A DNA stretch of 64,000 nt, from assembly GCA_026770705.1 (NCBI GenBank), contig JANJGN010000010.1, positions 89,342,001 through 89,406,000 on the forward strand. Reading direction: 5' to 3'. This document shows, one piece after another, positions 13,001-28,000 of this stretch (the first letter of the stretch is position 1; each line of letters begins with the position of its first letter). Under the pieces are notes generated by a model. That model saw only the letters and a list, made by a program, of their open reading frames with translations, had not been told where the DNA came from and did no database searches. This DNA is from Isurus oxyrinchus (Eukaryota). A program made the position numbers and the translations under genes.

Positions 13001-16000
13001 AATCTGGAATCATTATTTCAGATGTGCAGAGCATGAAGATATCCCTTTCTCCAAGGCAGGCGTCTCTCGGTTGAAAACTTATGGAGATGTCAAATCACAT
13101 TTTGAATAGGACAGATGACAGATTTCAATACAAATAATCCTGGGAACAGATGCCTAATTATTCAGAAGAACATCCACTTTGTGTCCAAGAATGTGAAGGA
13201 GAGGTCTGGAACTTCACATCAACAAACTGTCTCAATTATTGCATACACTCATGCTGGATGTTAGACATGATTGGCAGCAGTGTCTTGTGGCAAACGATTG
13301 TGCCAGATATTCAATAACTTATACACTTACCGGGTGATAATATTTGTCCATTGGCTGTACAGGAGCATGTTGTTGTTTCTGTAGTAGTGGGAGTCACTAT
13401 TACTGTTGTTGTAGATTCTAGTGTAGTGCTGGGCGCTGTGGTGGTTTCACATTTTCCCGTGTACTTCAAAATTTCACAACTCTTAGTACATAGAGTGAAA
13501 TTACAGAGGCCAGATTTACCTGCAGAACTGACTATAGCCTGGCCTGGAAGACAAAAGTCAGGAAAAGGTTTCAGCCATCTCCTTCCATTCATCACTCTGA
13601 GATTACTCTTACCAACAAAATTAAACATATAGCTGACAGAGCCTCATATTTTGACATTTAAAAGCTGAGACCAACGCTGAATGTTTAGGACGAAAGAAGA
13701 TTCCACCTCAAGGTTATAGGCATGGACGTGGAAAATATGACGGCCAATATTAGAAGCTAAATATTTCATGAGCTCCAATTGCAGGTCTAACAATCCTCTT
13801 TCCAGAATGTTAAATGATATTGCAATTGTTTGTGTTTGGTTTACAAATGTGGACTGAACAATGTTGATACACCTTAAATGGGTTTCTAAAGAGTAAATTG
13901 GGGGCTGTAGAAAGAGTCCGTTTGAGCAAAACACAAAAGTGAGCAAAACAGAGGAATTTGGGGACAGTGCGAAACTTGTGCCAACCGTACAACTGATATT
14001 ATGTCTCTGCCTGAATGAACAATCATTTGGACATATTCAGTGCAGCACAAAACACTGATATCTGATTCACTAAAGGAAGCAATCAATAGCGCTGAGCGTT
14101 AGAAAATTGCCCAATTTGTGCAAACATTCCGAACAGCCGAGACATTTGCTGGAAATGCCGAATGAGAGTGCGACCATTACTGATTGGACCTCACTTGGCG
14201 TCTCTCCTTTGACACAATGTTGATTTTCAAAATCCAGTGGGACACAGGGCAACAAGTAGAGCACAGCAACCTGTGTGGAAACATTTAGTATCTTTAACCT
14301 TTGGTGTGTGAATGTGAATGTGAAATCTGGAATCATTGGTTCAGATGTGCAGAGCATGAAGATGTCCATTTCTCCAAGGGCTGATTCTCTCGGTTGAATA
14401 TTTATGGTGATGTCAAATCACATTTTGAATGGGACGGACGACAAATTTCAATACAAATAATGCTGGGAATGGATGCCTAATTATTCACTAGAACATCGAC
14501 TTTGTATCCAAGAACGTGAAGGAGAGGTCTGGATCTTCACATCAACAAACTGTGTCAATTATTGCATACAATCATGTTGGATATTAGACGTGATTGACTG
14601 TATTCCCTTGTTGCAAATGATTATGTCAGATATTTAATAATTGATAAACTTACCGGGTGATAATATTTGTCCATTGGCTGTACAGGAGCATGTTGTTGTT
14701 TCTGTAGTAGTGGGAGTCACTGTAACTGTTGTTGTAGATTCAAGTGTAGTGCTGGGCGCTGTGGTGGTTTCACATTTTCCCGTGTACTTCAAAATTTCAC
14801 AATTCTTAGTACATAGAGTGAAATTACAGAGGCCGGATTTACCTGCAGAACTTACTATAGCCTGCCCTGGAAGAGAAATATCAGGAGAAGGTTTCAGTCA
14901 TCTCATACCATTCTTCACTCAGATAACATGTAAAGAGCAAATTGGATGCTGTAGAACGAGTCTGCTGGTTGAAAATACTAAATTGAGCAAATCAGAAATT
15001 TGGGGACAGTGTTAAACTTTTTCCATCCGTACAGCCAATATAATGTCTCTGCCTGAACGAACAATCATATGGACATATTCAGTGCAGCACAAAACTCTGA
15101 TAACTGACTGACTAAATGAAGCAGTCAAAAGTGCTGAGCATTAGAAAGTTGCCCAATTTGTACGGACTTTCCAAACAGGCGAGACCTTTGCTGCAAATGC
15201 AGAATGAGAGTACGAACATTACAGCTTGGACCTCACTCGGTGATTCTCCATTGACACAATGTTGCATTCCTCATTTCAGTGGGACACAGGGCAACAAGTA
15301 GAGCACAGCAACCTGTGCGGAAACATTTAGTATCTTTAACCATTGTTGTGTGAATGTGAGTGTGAAATCTGGAATCATTATTTCAGATGTGCAGAGCATG
15401 AAGATATCCCTTTCTCCAAGGCAGGCGTCTCTCGGTTGAAAACTTATGGAGATGTCAAATCACATTTTGAATAGGACAGATGACAGATTTCAATACAAAT
15501 AATCCTGGGAACAGATGCCTAATTATTCAGAAGAACATTCACTTTGTGTCCAAGAATGTGAAGGAGAGGTCTGGAACTTCACATCAACAAACTGTCTCAA
15601 TTATTGCATACACACATGCTGGATGTTAGACATGATTGGCAGCAGTGTCTTGTGGCAAACGATTGTGCCAGATATTCAATAACTTATACACTTACCGGGT
15701 GATAATATTTGTCCATTGGCTGTACAGGAGCATGTTGTTGTTTCTGTAGTAGTGGGAGTCACTGTTACTGTTGTTGTAGATTCTAGTGTAGTGCTGGGCG
15801 CTGTGGTGGTTTCACATTTTCCCGTGTACTTCAAAATTTCACAACTCTTAGTACATAGAGTGAAATTACAGAGGCCAGATTCACCTGCAGAACTGACTAT
15901 AGCCTGGCCTGGCAGACAAAAGTCAGGAAAAGGTTTCAGCCATCTCCTTCCATTCATCACTCTGAGATTACTCTTAGCAACAAAATTAAACATATAGCTG

Positions 16001-19000
16001 ACAGAGCCTCATATTTTGACATTTAAGAGCTGAGACCAACGCTGAATGTTTAGGACGAAAGAAGATTCCACCTCAAGGTTATAGGCATGGACGTGGAAAA
16101 TATGACGGCCAATATTAGAAGCTAAATATTTCATGAGCTCCAATTGCAGGTCTAACAATCCTCTTTCCAGAATGTTAAATGATATTGCAATTGTTTGTGT
16201 TTGGTTTACAAATGTGGACTGAACAATGTTGATACACCTTAAATGGGTTTCTAAAGAGTAAATTGGGGGCTGTAGAAAGAGTCCGTTTGAGCAAAACACA
16301 AAAGTGAGCAAAACAGAGGAATTTGGGGACAGTGCGAAACTTGTGCCAACCGTACAACTGATATTATGTCTCTGCCTGAATGAACAATCATTTGGACATA
16401 TTCAGTGCAGCACAAAACACTGATAACTGATTCACTAAAGGAAGCAATCAATAGCGCTGAGCGTTAGAAAATTGCCCAATTTGTGCAAACATTCCGAACA
16501 GCCGAGACATTTGCTGGAAATGCCGAATGAGAGTGCGACCATTACTGATTGGACCTCACTTGGCGTCTCTCCTTTGACACAATGTTGATTTTCAAAATCC
16601 AGTGGGACACAGGGCAACAAGTAGAGCACAGCAACCTGTGTGGAAACATTTAGTATCTTTAACCTTTGGTGTGTGAATGTGAATGTGAAATCTGGAATCA
16701 TTGGTTCAGATGTGCAGAGCATGAAGATGTCCATTTCTCCAAGGGCTGATTCTCTCGGTTGAATATTTAGGGAGATGTCAAATCACATTTTGAATGAGAC
16801 GGACGACAAATTTCAATACAAATAATCCTGGGAACGGATGCCTAATTATGCACTAGAACATCGACTTTGTATCCAAGAACGTGAAGGAGAGGTCTGGATC
16901 TTCATATCAACAAACTGTGTCAATTATTGCATACAATCATGTTGGATATTAGACGTGATTGACTGTATTCCCTTGTTGCAAATGATTATGTCAGATATTT
17001 AATAATTGATACACTTACCGGGTGATAATATTTGTCCATTGGCTGTACAGGAGCATGTGGTTGTTTCTGTAGTGGTGGGAGTCACTGTTACTGTTGTTGT
17101 AGATTCAAGTGTAGTGCTGGGCGCTGTGGTGGTTTCACATTTTCCCGTGTACTTCAAAATTTCACAACTCTTAGTACATAGAGTGAAATTACAGAGGCCG
17201 GATTTACCTGCAGAACTTACTATAGCCTGGCCTGGAAGACAAAAGTCAGGAAAAGGTTTCAGGCATCTCCTTCCATTCATCCTTCGAATGTTACGCTTAA
17301 CAACAAAAATCACTACATAGCTGACAGAGCCTCATATTTTGACATTTAATAGCTAGGACCAACGCTGAAAGTTTAGAGCGAAAGAAGATTCCACCTCAAG
17401 GTGAAAGTCATGGATGTGGAAAATATAACGGCCAATATTAGAAGCTAAGTACTTCATGCGCCCCAATTACAGGTCTAACTCTCCTCATTCCAGAATGTTA
17501 AATGATATTGCAATTGTTTGTGTTTGGCTTAAAAATGTGGACTGAACAATGTTGATACATGTTAAATGGGTTTCTAAAGAGCAAATTGGGGGCTGTAGAA
17601 AGAGTCCATTTGAGCAAAACACAAAAGTGAGCAAAACAGAGGAATTTGGGGACAGTGTGAAAATTATGCCATTCGTTCAACCAATATAATATCTCTGACT
17701 GAACGAACAATCATATGGACATATTCAGTGCAGAACAATACACTGATAACTGATTGACATAAGGAAGCAGTCAAAAGTGCTGATCATTAGAAAGTTGCCC
17801 AACTTGTACGGACTTTCCAAACAGGCGAGACTTTTTTCTGGAAATGCAGAATGAGAGTAAGAACATTAAAGCTTGGACCTCACTCGATGTCTCTCCATTG
17901 ACACCATGTTGTTTTCCTCAAGTCCAGGGGGACATAGAGCAACAAGTAGAGCACAGCAACTTGTGTGGACATTTAGTATCTTTAATCTTTGGTGTGTGAA
18001 TGTGAATTTGAAATCTGGAATCATTATTTCAGATGTGCAGAGCATGAAGATGTCCACTTCTCCAAGGGCTGATTCTCTCGGTTGAAAAATAATGGAGACG
18101 TCAAATCACATTTTGAATGGGACAGATGACAAATTTCAATACAAATAATCCTGGGAACAGATGCCTAATTATTCAGAAGAACATCCACTTTGTGTCCGAG
18201 AATGTGAAGGAGAGGTCTGGAACTTCACATCAACAAACTGTCTCAATTATTGCATAATATCATGCTTGATAATAGATATGATTGACAGTATCCTCTGGTG
18301 GCAAATGTTTGTGTCAGATATTTAATAACTGATACACTTACCGGGTGATAATATTTGTCCATTGGCTGTACAGGAGCATGTTGTTGTTTCTGTAGTAGTG
18401 GGAGTCACTGTAACTGTTGTTGTAGATTCTAGTGTAGTGCTGGGCGCTGTGGTGGTTTCACATTTTCCCGTGTACTTCAAAATTTCACAATTCTTAGTAC
18501 ATAGAGTGAAATTACAGAGGCCGGATTTACCTGCAGAACTTACTATAGCCTGCCCTGGAAGAGAAATATCAGGAGAAGGTTTCAGTCATCTCATACCATT
18601 CTTCACTCAGATAACATGTAAAGAGCAAATTGGATGCTGTAGAACGAGTCTGCTGGTTGAAAATACTAAATTGAGCAAATCAGAAATTTGGGGACAGTGT
18701 TAAACTTTTTCCATCCGTACAACCAATATAATGTCTCTGCCTGAACGAACAATCATATGGACATATTCAGTGCAGCACAAAACTCTGATAACTGACTGAC
18801 TAAATGAAGCAGTCAAAAGTGATGAGCATTAGAAAGTTGCCCAATTTGTACGGACTTTCCAAACAGGCGAGACCTTTGCTGCAAATGCAGAATGAGAGTA
18901 CGAACATTACAGCTTGGACCTCACTCGGTGATTCTCCATTGACACAATGTTGCATTCCTCATTTCAGTGGGACACAGGGCAACAAGTAGAGCACAGCAAC

Positions 19001-22000
19001 CTGTGCGGAAACATTTAGTATCTTTAACCATTGTTGTGTGAATGTGAGTGTGAAATCTGGAATCATTATTTCAGATGTGCAGAGCATGAAGATATCCCTT
19101 TCTCCAAGGCAGGCGTCTCTCGGTTGAAAACTTATGGAGATGTCAAATCACATTTTGAATAGGACAGATGACAGATTTCAATACAAATAATCCTGGGAAC
19201 AGATGCCTAATTATTCAGAAGAACATTCACTTTGTGTCCAAGAATGTGAAGGAGAGGTCTGGAACTTCACATCAACAAACTGTCTCAATTATTGCATACA
19301 CTCATGCTGGATGTTAGACATGATTGGCAGCAGTGTCTTGTGGCAAACGATTGTGCCAGATATTCAATAACTTATACACTTACCGGGTGATAATATTTGT
19401 CCATTGGCTGTACAGGAGCATGTTGTTGTTTCTGTAGTAGTGGGAGTCACTATTACTGTTGTTGTAGATTCTAGTGTAGTGCTGGGCGCTGTGGTGGTTT
19501 CACATTTTCCCGTGTACTTCAAAATTTCACAACTCTTAGTACATAGAGTGAAACTACAGAGGCCAGATTCACCTGCAGAACTGACTATAGCCTGGCCTGG
19601 AAGACAAAAGTCAGGAAAAGGTTTCAGCCATCTCCTTCCATTCATCACTCTGAGATTACTCTTACCAACAAAATTAAACATATAGCTGACAGAGCCTCAT
19701 ATTTTGACATTTAAGAGCTGAGACCAACGCTGAATGTTTAGGACGAAAGAAGATTCCACCTCAAGGTTATGGGCATGGACGTGGAAAATATGACGGCCAA
19801 TATTAGAAGCTAAATATTTCATGAGCTCCAATTGCAGGTCTAACAATCCTCTTTCCAGAATGTTAAATGATATTGCAATTGTTTGTGTTTGGTTTACAAA
19901 TGTGGACTGAACAATGTTGATACACCTTAAATGGGTTTCTAAAGAGTAAATTGGGGGCTGTAGAAAGAGTCCGTTTGAGCAAAACACAAAAGTGAGCAAA
20001 ACAGAGGAATTTGGGGACAGTGCGAAACTTGTGCCAACCGTACAACTGATATTATGTCTCTGCCTGAATGAACAATCATTTGGACATATTCAGTGCAGCA
20101 CAAAACACTGATATCTGATTCACTAAAGGAAGCAATCAATAGCGCTGAGCTTGAGAAAATTGCCCAATTTGTGCAAACATTCCGAACAGCCGAGACATTT
20201 GCTGGAAATGCCGAATGAGAGTGCGACCATTACTGATTGGACCTCACTTGGCGTCTCTCCTTTGACACAATGTTGATTTTCAAAATCCAGTGGGACACAG
20301 GGCAACAAGTAGAGCACAGCAACCTGTGTGGAAACATTTAGTATCTTTAACCTTTGGTGTGTGAATGTGAATGTGAAATCTGGAATCATTGGTTCAGATG
20401 TGCAGAGCATGAAGATGTCCATTTCTCCAAGGGCTGATTCTCTCGGTTGAATATTTAGGGAGATGTCAAATCACATTTTGAATGAGACGGACGACAAATT
20501 TCAATACAAATAATCCTGGGAACGGATGCCTAATTATGCACTAGAACATCGACTTTGTATCCAAGAACGTGAAGGAGAGGTCTGGATCTTCATATCAACA
20601 AACTGTGTCAATTATTGCATACAATCATGTTGGATATTAGACGTGATTGACTGTATTCCCTTGTTGCAAATGATTATGTCAGATATTTAATAATTGATAC
20701 ACTTACCGGGTGATAATATTTGTCCATTGGCTGTACAGGAGCATGTGGTTGTTTCTGTAGTGGTGGGAGTCACTGTTACTGTTGTTGTAGATTCAAGTGT
20801 AGTGCTGGGCGCTGTGGTGGTTTCACATTTTCCCGTGTACTTCAAAATTTCACAACTCTTAGTACATAGAGTGAAATTACAGAGGCCGGATTTACCTGCA
20901 GAACTTACTATAGCCTGGCCTGGAAGACAAAAGTCAGGAAAAGGTTTCAGGCATCTCCTTCCATTCATCCTTCGAATGTTACGCTTAACAACAAAAATCA
21001 CTACATAGCTGACAGAGCCTCATATTTTGACATTTAATAGCTAGGACCAACGCTGAAAGTTTAGAGCGAAAGAAGATTCCACCTCAAGGTGAAAGTCATG
21101 GATGTGGAAAATATAACGGCCAATATTAGAAGCTAAGTACTTCATGCGCCCCAATTACAGGTCTAACTCTCCTCATTCCAGAATGTTAAATGATATTGCA
21201 ATTGTTTGTGTTTGGCTTAAAAATGTGGACTGAACAATGTTGATACATGTTAAATGGGTTTCTAAAGAGCAAATTGGGGGCTGTAGAAAGAGTCCATTTG
21301 AGCAAAACACAAAAGTGAGCAAAACAGAGGAATTTGGGGACAGTGTGAAAATTATGCCATTCGTTCAACCAATATAATATCTCTGACTGAACGAACAATC
21401 ATATGGACATATTCAGTGCAGAACAATACACTGATAACTGATTGACATAAGGAAGCAGTCAAAAGTGCTGATCATTAGAAAGTTGCCCAACTTGTACGGA
21501 CTTTCCAAACAGGCGAGACTTTTTTCTGGAAATGCAGAATGAGAGTAAGAACATTAAAGCTTGGACCTCACTCGATGTCTCTCCATTGACACCATGTTGT
21601 TTTCCTCAAGTCCAGGGGGACATAGAGCAACAAGTAGAGCACAGCAACTTGTGTGGACATTTAGTATCTTTAATCTTTGGTGTGTGAATGTGAATTTGAA
21701 ATCTGGAATCATTATTTCAGATGTGCAGAGCATGAAGATGTCCACTTCTCCAAGGGCTGATTCTCTCGGTTGAAAAATAATGGAGACGTCAAATCACATT
21801 TTGAATGGGACAGATGACAAATTTCAATACAAATAATCCTGGGAACAGATGCCTAATTATTCAGAAGAACATCCACTTTGTGTCCGAGAATGTGAAGGAG
21901 AGGTCTGGAACTTCACATCAACAAACTGTCTCAATTATTGCATAATATCATGCTTGATAATAGATATGATTGACAGTATCCTCTTGTGGCAAATGTTTGT

Positions 22001-25000
22001 GTCAGATATTTAATAACTGATACACTTACCGGGTGATAATATTTGTCCATTGGCTGTACAGGAGCATGTTGTTGTTTCTGTAGTAGTGGGAGTCACTGTA
22101 ACTGTTGTTGTAGATTCTAGTGTAGTGCTGGGCGCTGTGGTGGTTTCACATTTTCCCGTGTACTTCAAAATTTCACAATTCTTAGTACATAGAGTGAAAT
22201 TACAGAGGCTGGATTTACCTGCAGAACTTACTATAGCCTGCCCTGGAAGAGAAATATCAGGAGAAGGTTTCAGTCATCTCATACCATTCTTCACTCAGAT
22301 AACATGTAAAGAGCAAATTGGATGCTGTAGAACGAGTCTGCTGGTTGAAAATACTAAATTGAGCAAATCAGAAATTTGGGGACAGTGTTAAACTTTTTCC
22401 ATCCGTACAACCAATATAATGTCTCTGCCTGAACGAACAATCATATGGACATATTCAGTGCAGCACAAAACTCTGATAACTGACTGACTAAATGAAGCAG
22501 TCAAAAGTGATGAGCATTAGAAAGTTGCCCAATTTGTACGGACTTTCCAAACAGGCGAGACCTTTGCTGCAAATGCAGAATGAGAGTACGAACATTACAG
22601 CTTGGACCTCACTCGGTGATTCTCCATTGACACAATGTTGCATTCCTCATTTCAGTGGGACACAGGGCAACAAGTAGAGCACAGCAACCTGTGCGGAAAC
22701 ATTTAGTATCTTTAACCATTGTTGTGTGAATGTGAGTGTGAAATCTGGAATCATTATTTCAGATGTGCAGAGCATGAAGATATCCCTTTCTCCAAGGCAG
22801 GCGTCTCTCGGTTGAAAACTTATGGAGATGTCAAATCACATTTTGAATAGGACAGATGACAGATTTCAATACAAATAATCCTGGGAACAGATGCCTAATT
22901 ATTCAGAAGAACATTCACTTTGTGTCCAAGAATGTGAAGGAGAGGTCTGGAACTTCACATCAACAAACTGTCTCAATTATTGCATACACTCATGCTGGAT
23001 GTTAGACATGATTGGCAGCAGTGTCTTGTGGCAAACGATTGTGCCAGATATTCAATAACTTATACACTTACCGGGTGATAATATTTGTCCATTGGCTGTA
23101 CAGGAGCATGTTGTTGTTTCTGTAGTAGTGGGAGTCACTATTACTGTTGTTGTAGATTCTAGTGTAGTGCTGGGCGCTGTGGTGGTTTCACATTTTCCCG
23201 TGTACTTCAAAATTTCACAACTCTTAGTACATAGAGTGAAATTACAGAGGCCAGATTTACCTGCAGAACTGACTATAGCCTGGCCTGGAAGACAAAAGTC
23301 AGGAAAAGGTTTCAGCCATCTCCTTCCATTCATCACTCTGAGATTACTCTTACCAACAAAATTAAACATATAGCTGACAGAGCCTCATATTTTGACATTT
23401 AAAAGCTGAGACCAACGCTGAATGTTTAGGACGAAAGAAGATTCCACCTCAAGGTTATAGGCATGGACGTGGAAAATATGACGGCCAATATTAGAAGCTA
23501 AATATTTCATGAGCTCCAATTGCAGGTCTAACAATCCTCTTTCCAGAATGTTAAATGATATTGCAATTGTTTGTGTTTGGTTTACAAATGTGGACTGAAC
23601 AATGTTGATACACCTTAAATGGGTTTCTAAAGAGTAAATTGGGGGCTGTAGAAAGAGTCCGTTTGAGCAAAACACAAAAGTGAGCAAAACAGAGGAATTT
23701 GGGGACAGTGCGAAACTTGTGCCAACCGTACAACTGATATTATGTCTCTGCCTGAATGAACAATCATTTGGACATATTCAGTGCAGCACAAAACACTGAT
23801 ATCTGATTCACTAAAGGAAGCAATCAATAGCGCTGAGCTTGAGAAAATTGCCAAATTTGTGCAAACATTCCGAACAGGCGAGACATTTGCTGGAAATGCC
23901 GAATGAGAGTGCGACCATTACTGATTGGACCTCACTTGGCGTCTCTCCTTTGACACAATGTTGATTTTCAAAATCCAGTGGGACACAGGGCAACAAGTAG
24001 AGCACAGCAACCTGTGTGGAAACATTTAGTATCTTTAACCTTTGGTGTGTGAATGTGAATGTGAAATCTGGAATCATTGGTTCAGATGTGCAGAGCATGA
24101 AGATGTCCATTTCTCCAAGGGCTGATTCTCTCGGTTGAATATTTATGGTGATGTCAAATCACATTTTGAATGGGACGGACGACAAATTTCAATACAAATA
24201 ATGCTGGGAATGGATGCCTAATTATTCACTAGAACATCGACTTTGTATCCAAGAACGTGAAGGAGAGGTCTGGATCTTCACATCAACAAACTGTGTCAAT
24301 TATTGCATACAATCATGTTGGATATTAGACGTGATTGACTGTATTCCCTTGTTGCAAATGATTATGTCAGATATTTAATAATTGATAAACTTACCGGGTG
24401 ATAATATTTGTCCATTGGCTGTACAGGAGCATGTTGTTGTTTCTGTAGTAGTGGGAGTCACTGTAACTGTTGTTGTAGATTCTAGTGTAGTGCTGGGCGC
24501 TGTGGTGGTTTCACATTTTCCCGTGTACTTCAAAATTTCACAATTCTTAGTACATAGAGTGAAATTACAGAGGCCGGATTTACCTGCAGAACTTACTATA
24601 GCCTGCCCTGGAAGAGAAATATCAGGAGAAGGTTTCAGTCATCTCATACCATTCTTCACTCAGATAACATGTAAAGAGCAAATTGGATGCTGTAGAACGA
24701 GTCTGCTGGTTGAAAATACTAAATTGAGCAAATCAGAAATTTGGGGACAGTGTTAAACTTTTTCCATCCGTACAACCAATATAATGTCTCTGCCTGAACG
24801 AACAATCATATGGACATATTCAGTGCAGCACAAAACTCTGATAACTGACTGACTAAATGAAGCAGTCAAAAGTGATGAGCATTAGAAAGTTGCCCAATTT
24901 GTACGGACTTTCCAAACAGGCGAGACCTTTGCTGCAAATGCAGAATGAGAGTACGAACATTACAGCTTGGACCTCACTCGTTGATTCTCCATTGACACAA

Positions 25001-28000
25001 TGTTGCATTCCTCATTTCAGTGGGACACAGGGCAACAAGTAGAGCACAGCAACCTGTGCGGAAACATTTAGTATCTTTAACCATTGTTGTGTGAATGTGA
25101 GTGTGAAATCTGGAATCATTATTTCAGATGTGCAGAGCATGAAGATATCCCTTTCTCCAAGGCAGGCGTCTCTCGGTTGAAAACTTATGGAGATGTCAAA
25201 TCACATTTTGAATAGGACAGATGACAGATTTCAATACAAATAATCCTGGGAACAGATGCCTAATTATTCAGAAGAACATTCACTTTGTGTCCAAGAATGT
25301 GAAGGAGAGGTCTGGAACTTCACATCAACAAACTGTCTCAATTATTGCATACACACATGCTGGATGTTAGACATGATTGGCAGCAGTGTCTTGTGGCAAA
25401 CGATTGTGCCAGATATTCAATAACTTATACACTTACCGGGTGATAATATTTGTCCATTGGCTGTACAGGAGCATGTTGTTGTTTCTGTAGTAGTGGGAGT
25501 CACTATTACTGTTGTTGTAGATTCTAGTGTAGTGCTGGGCGCTGTGGTGGTTTCACATTTTCCCGTGTACTTCAAAATTTCACAACTCTTAGTACATAGA
25601 GTGAAATTACAGAGGCCAGATTCACCTGCAGAACTGACTATAGCCTGGCCTGGAAGACAAAAGTCAGGAAAAGGTTTCAGCCATCTCCTTCCATTCATCA
25701 CTCTGAGATTACTCTTACCAACAAAATTAAACATATAGCTTACAGAGCCTCATATTTTGACATTTAAAAGCTGAGACCAACGCTGAATGTTTAGGACGAA
25801 AGAAGATTCCACCTCAAGGTTATAGGCATGGACGTGGAAAATATGACGGCCAATATTAGAAGCTAAATATTTCATGAGCTCCAATTGCAGGTCTAACAAT
25901 CCTCTTTCCAGAATGTTAAATGATATTGCAATTGTTTGTGTTTGGTTTACAAATGTGGACTGAACAATGTTGATACACCTTAAATGGGTTTCTAAAGAGT
26001 AAATTGGGGGCTGTAGAAAGCGTCCGTTTGAGCAAAACACAAAAGTGAGCAAAACAGAGGAATTTGGGGACAGTGCGAAACTTGGGCCAACCGTACAACT
26101 GATATTATGTCTCTGCCTGAATGAACAATCATTTGGACATATTCAGTGCAGCACAAAACACTGATATCTGATTCACTAAAGGAAGCAATCAATAGCGCTG
26201 AGCGTTAGAAAATTGCCCAATTTGTGCAAACATTCCGAACAGCCGAGACATTTGCTGGAAATGCCGAATGAGAGTGCGACCATTACTGATTGGACCTCAC
26301 TTGGCGTCTCTCCTTTGACACAATGTTGATTTTCAAAATCCAGTGGGACACAGGGCAACAAGTAGAGCACAGCAACCTGTGTGGAAACATTTAGTATCTT
26401 TAACCTTTGGTGTGTGAATGTGAATGTGAAATCTGGAATCATTGGTTCAGATGTGCAGAGCATGAAGATGTCCATTTCTCCAAGGGCTGATTCTCTCGGT
26501 TGAATATTTATGGAGATGTCAAATCACATTTTGAATGAGACGGATGACAAATTTCAATACAAATAATCCTGGGAACGGATGCCTAATTATTCACTAGAAC
26601 ATCGAATTTGTATCCAACATCATGAAGCAGAGGTCTGGATCTTCACATCAACAAACTGTGTCAATTATTGCATACAATCATGCTGGATATTAGACATGAT
26701 TGACTGTATTCTCTTGTGGCAAATGATTCTGTCAGATATTTAATAATTGATACACTTACCGGGTGATAATATTTGTCCATTGGCTGTACAGGAGCATGTT
26801 GTTGTTTCTGTAGTAGTGGGAGTCACTGTTACTGTTGTTGTAGATTCTAGTGTAGTGCTGGGCGCTGTGGTGGTTTCACATTTTCCCGTGTACTTCAAAA
26901 TTTCACAACTCTTAGTACATAGAGTGAAATTACAGAGGCCGGATTTACCTGCAGAACTTACTATAGCCTGGCCTGGAAGACAAAAGTCAGGAAAAGGTTT
27001 CAGGCATCTCCTTCCATTCATCCTTCGAATGTTACGCTTAGCAACAAAAATCACTACATAGCTGACAGAGCCTCATATTTTGACATTTAAGAGCTAGGAC
27101 CAACGCTGAAAGTTTAGAGCGAAAGAAGATTCCACCTCAAGGTGAAAGTCATGGATGTGGAAAATATAACGGCCAATATTAGAAGCTAAGTACTTCATGC
27201 GCCCCAATTACAGGTCTAACTCTCCTCATTCCAGAATGTTAAATGATATTGCAATTGTTTGTGTTTGGCTTAAAAATGTGGACTGAACAATGTTGATACA
27301 TGTTAAATGGGTTTCTAAAGAGCAAATTGGGGGCTGTAGAAAGAGTCCATTTGAGCAAAACACAAAAGTGAGCAAAACAGAGGAATTTGGGGACAGTGTG
27401 AAAATTATGCCATTCGTTCAACGAATATAATATCTCTGACTGAACGAACAATCATATGGACATATTCAGTGCAGAACAATACACTGATAACTGATTGACA
27501 TAAGGAAGCAGTCAAAAGTGCTGATCATTAGAAAGTTGCCCAACTTGTATGGACTTTCCAAACAGGCGAGACTTTTTTCTGGAAATGCAGAATGAGAGTA
27601 AGAACATTAAAGCTTGGACCTCACTCGATGTCTCTCCATTGACACCATGTTGTTTTCCTGAAGTCCAGGGGGACATAGAGCAACAAGTAGAGCACAGCAA
27701 CTTGTGTGGACATTTAGTATCTTTAATCTTTGGTGTGTGAATGTGAATTTGAAATCTGGAATCATTATTTCAGATGTGCATAGCATGAAGATGTCCACTT
27801 CTCCAAGGGCTGATTCTCTCGGTTGAAAAATAATGGAGACGTCAAATCACATTTTGAATGGGACAGATGACAGATTTCAATACAAATAATCCTGGGAACA
27901 GATGCCTAATTATTCAGAAGAACATCCACTTTGTGTCCAAGAATGTGAAGGAGAGGTCTGGAACTTCACATCAACAAACTGTCTCAATTATTGCATAATA

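Larger units (their letters stand above)
7278..25436. repeat. Higher-order block 1: Ac dimers (2365 bp) and ABc trimers (3688 bp), order Ac-ABc-Ac-ABc-ABc-Ac
   Basis: A-exon starts 7278, 9643, 13331, 15696, 19384, 23072, 25437 give spacings 2365, 3688, 2365, 3688, 3688, 2365. Confidence 0.92.
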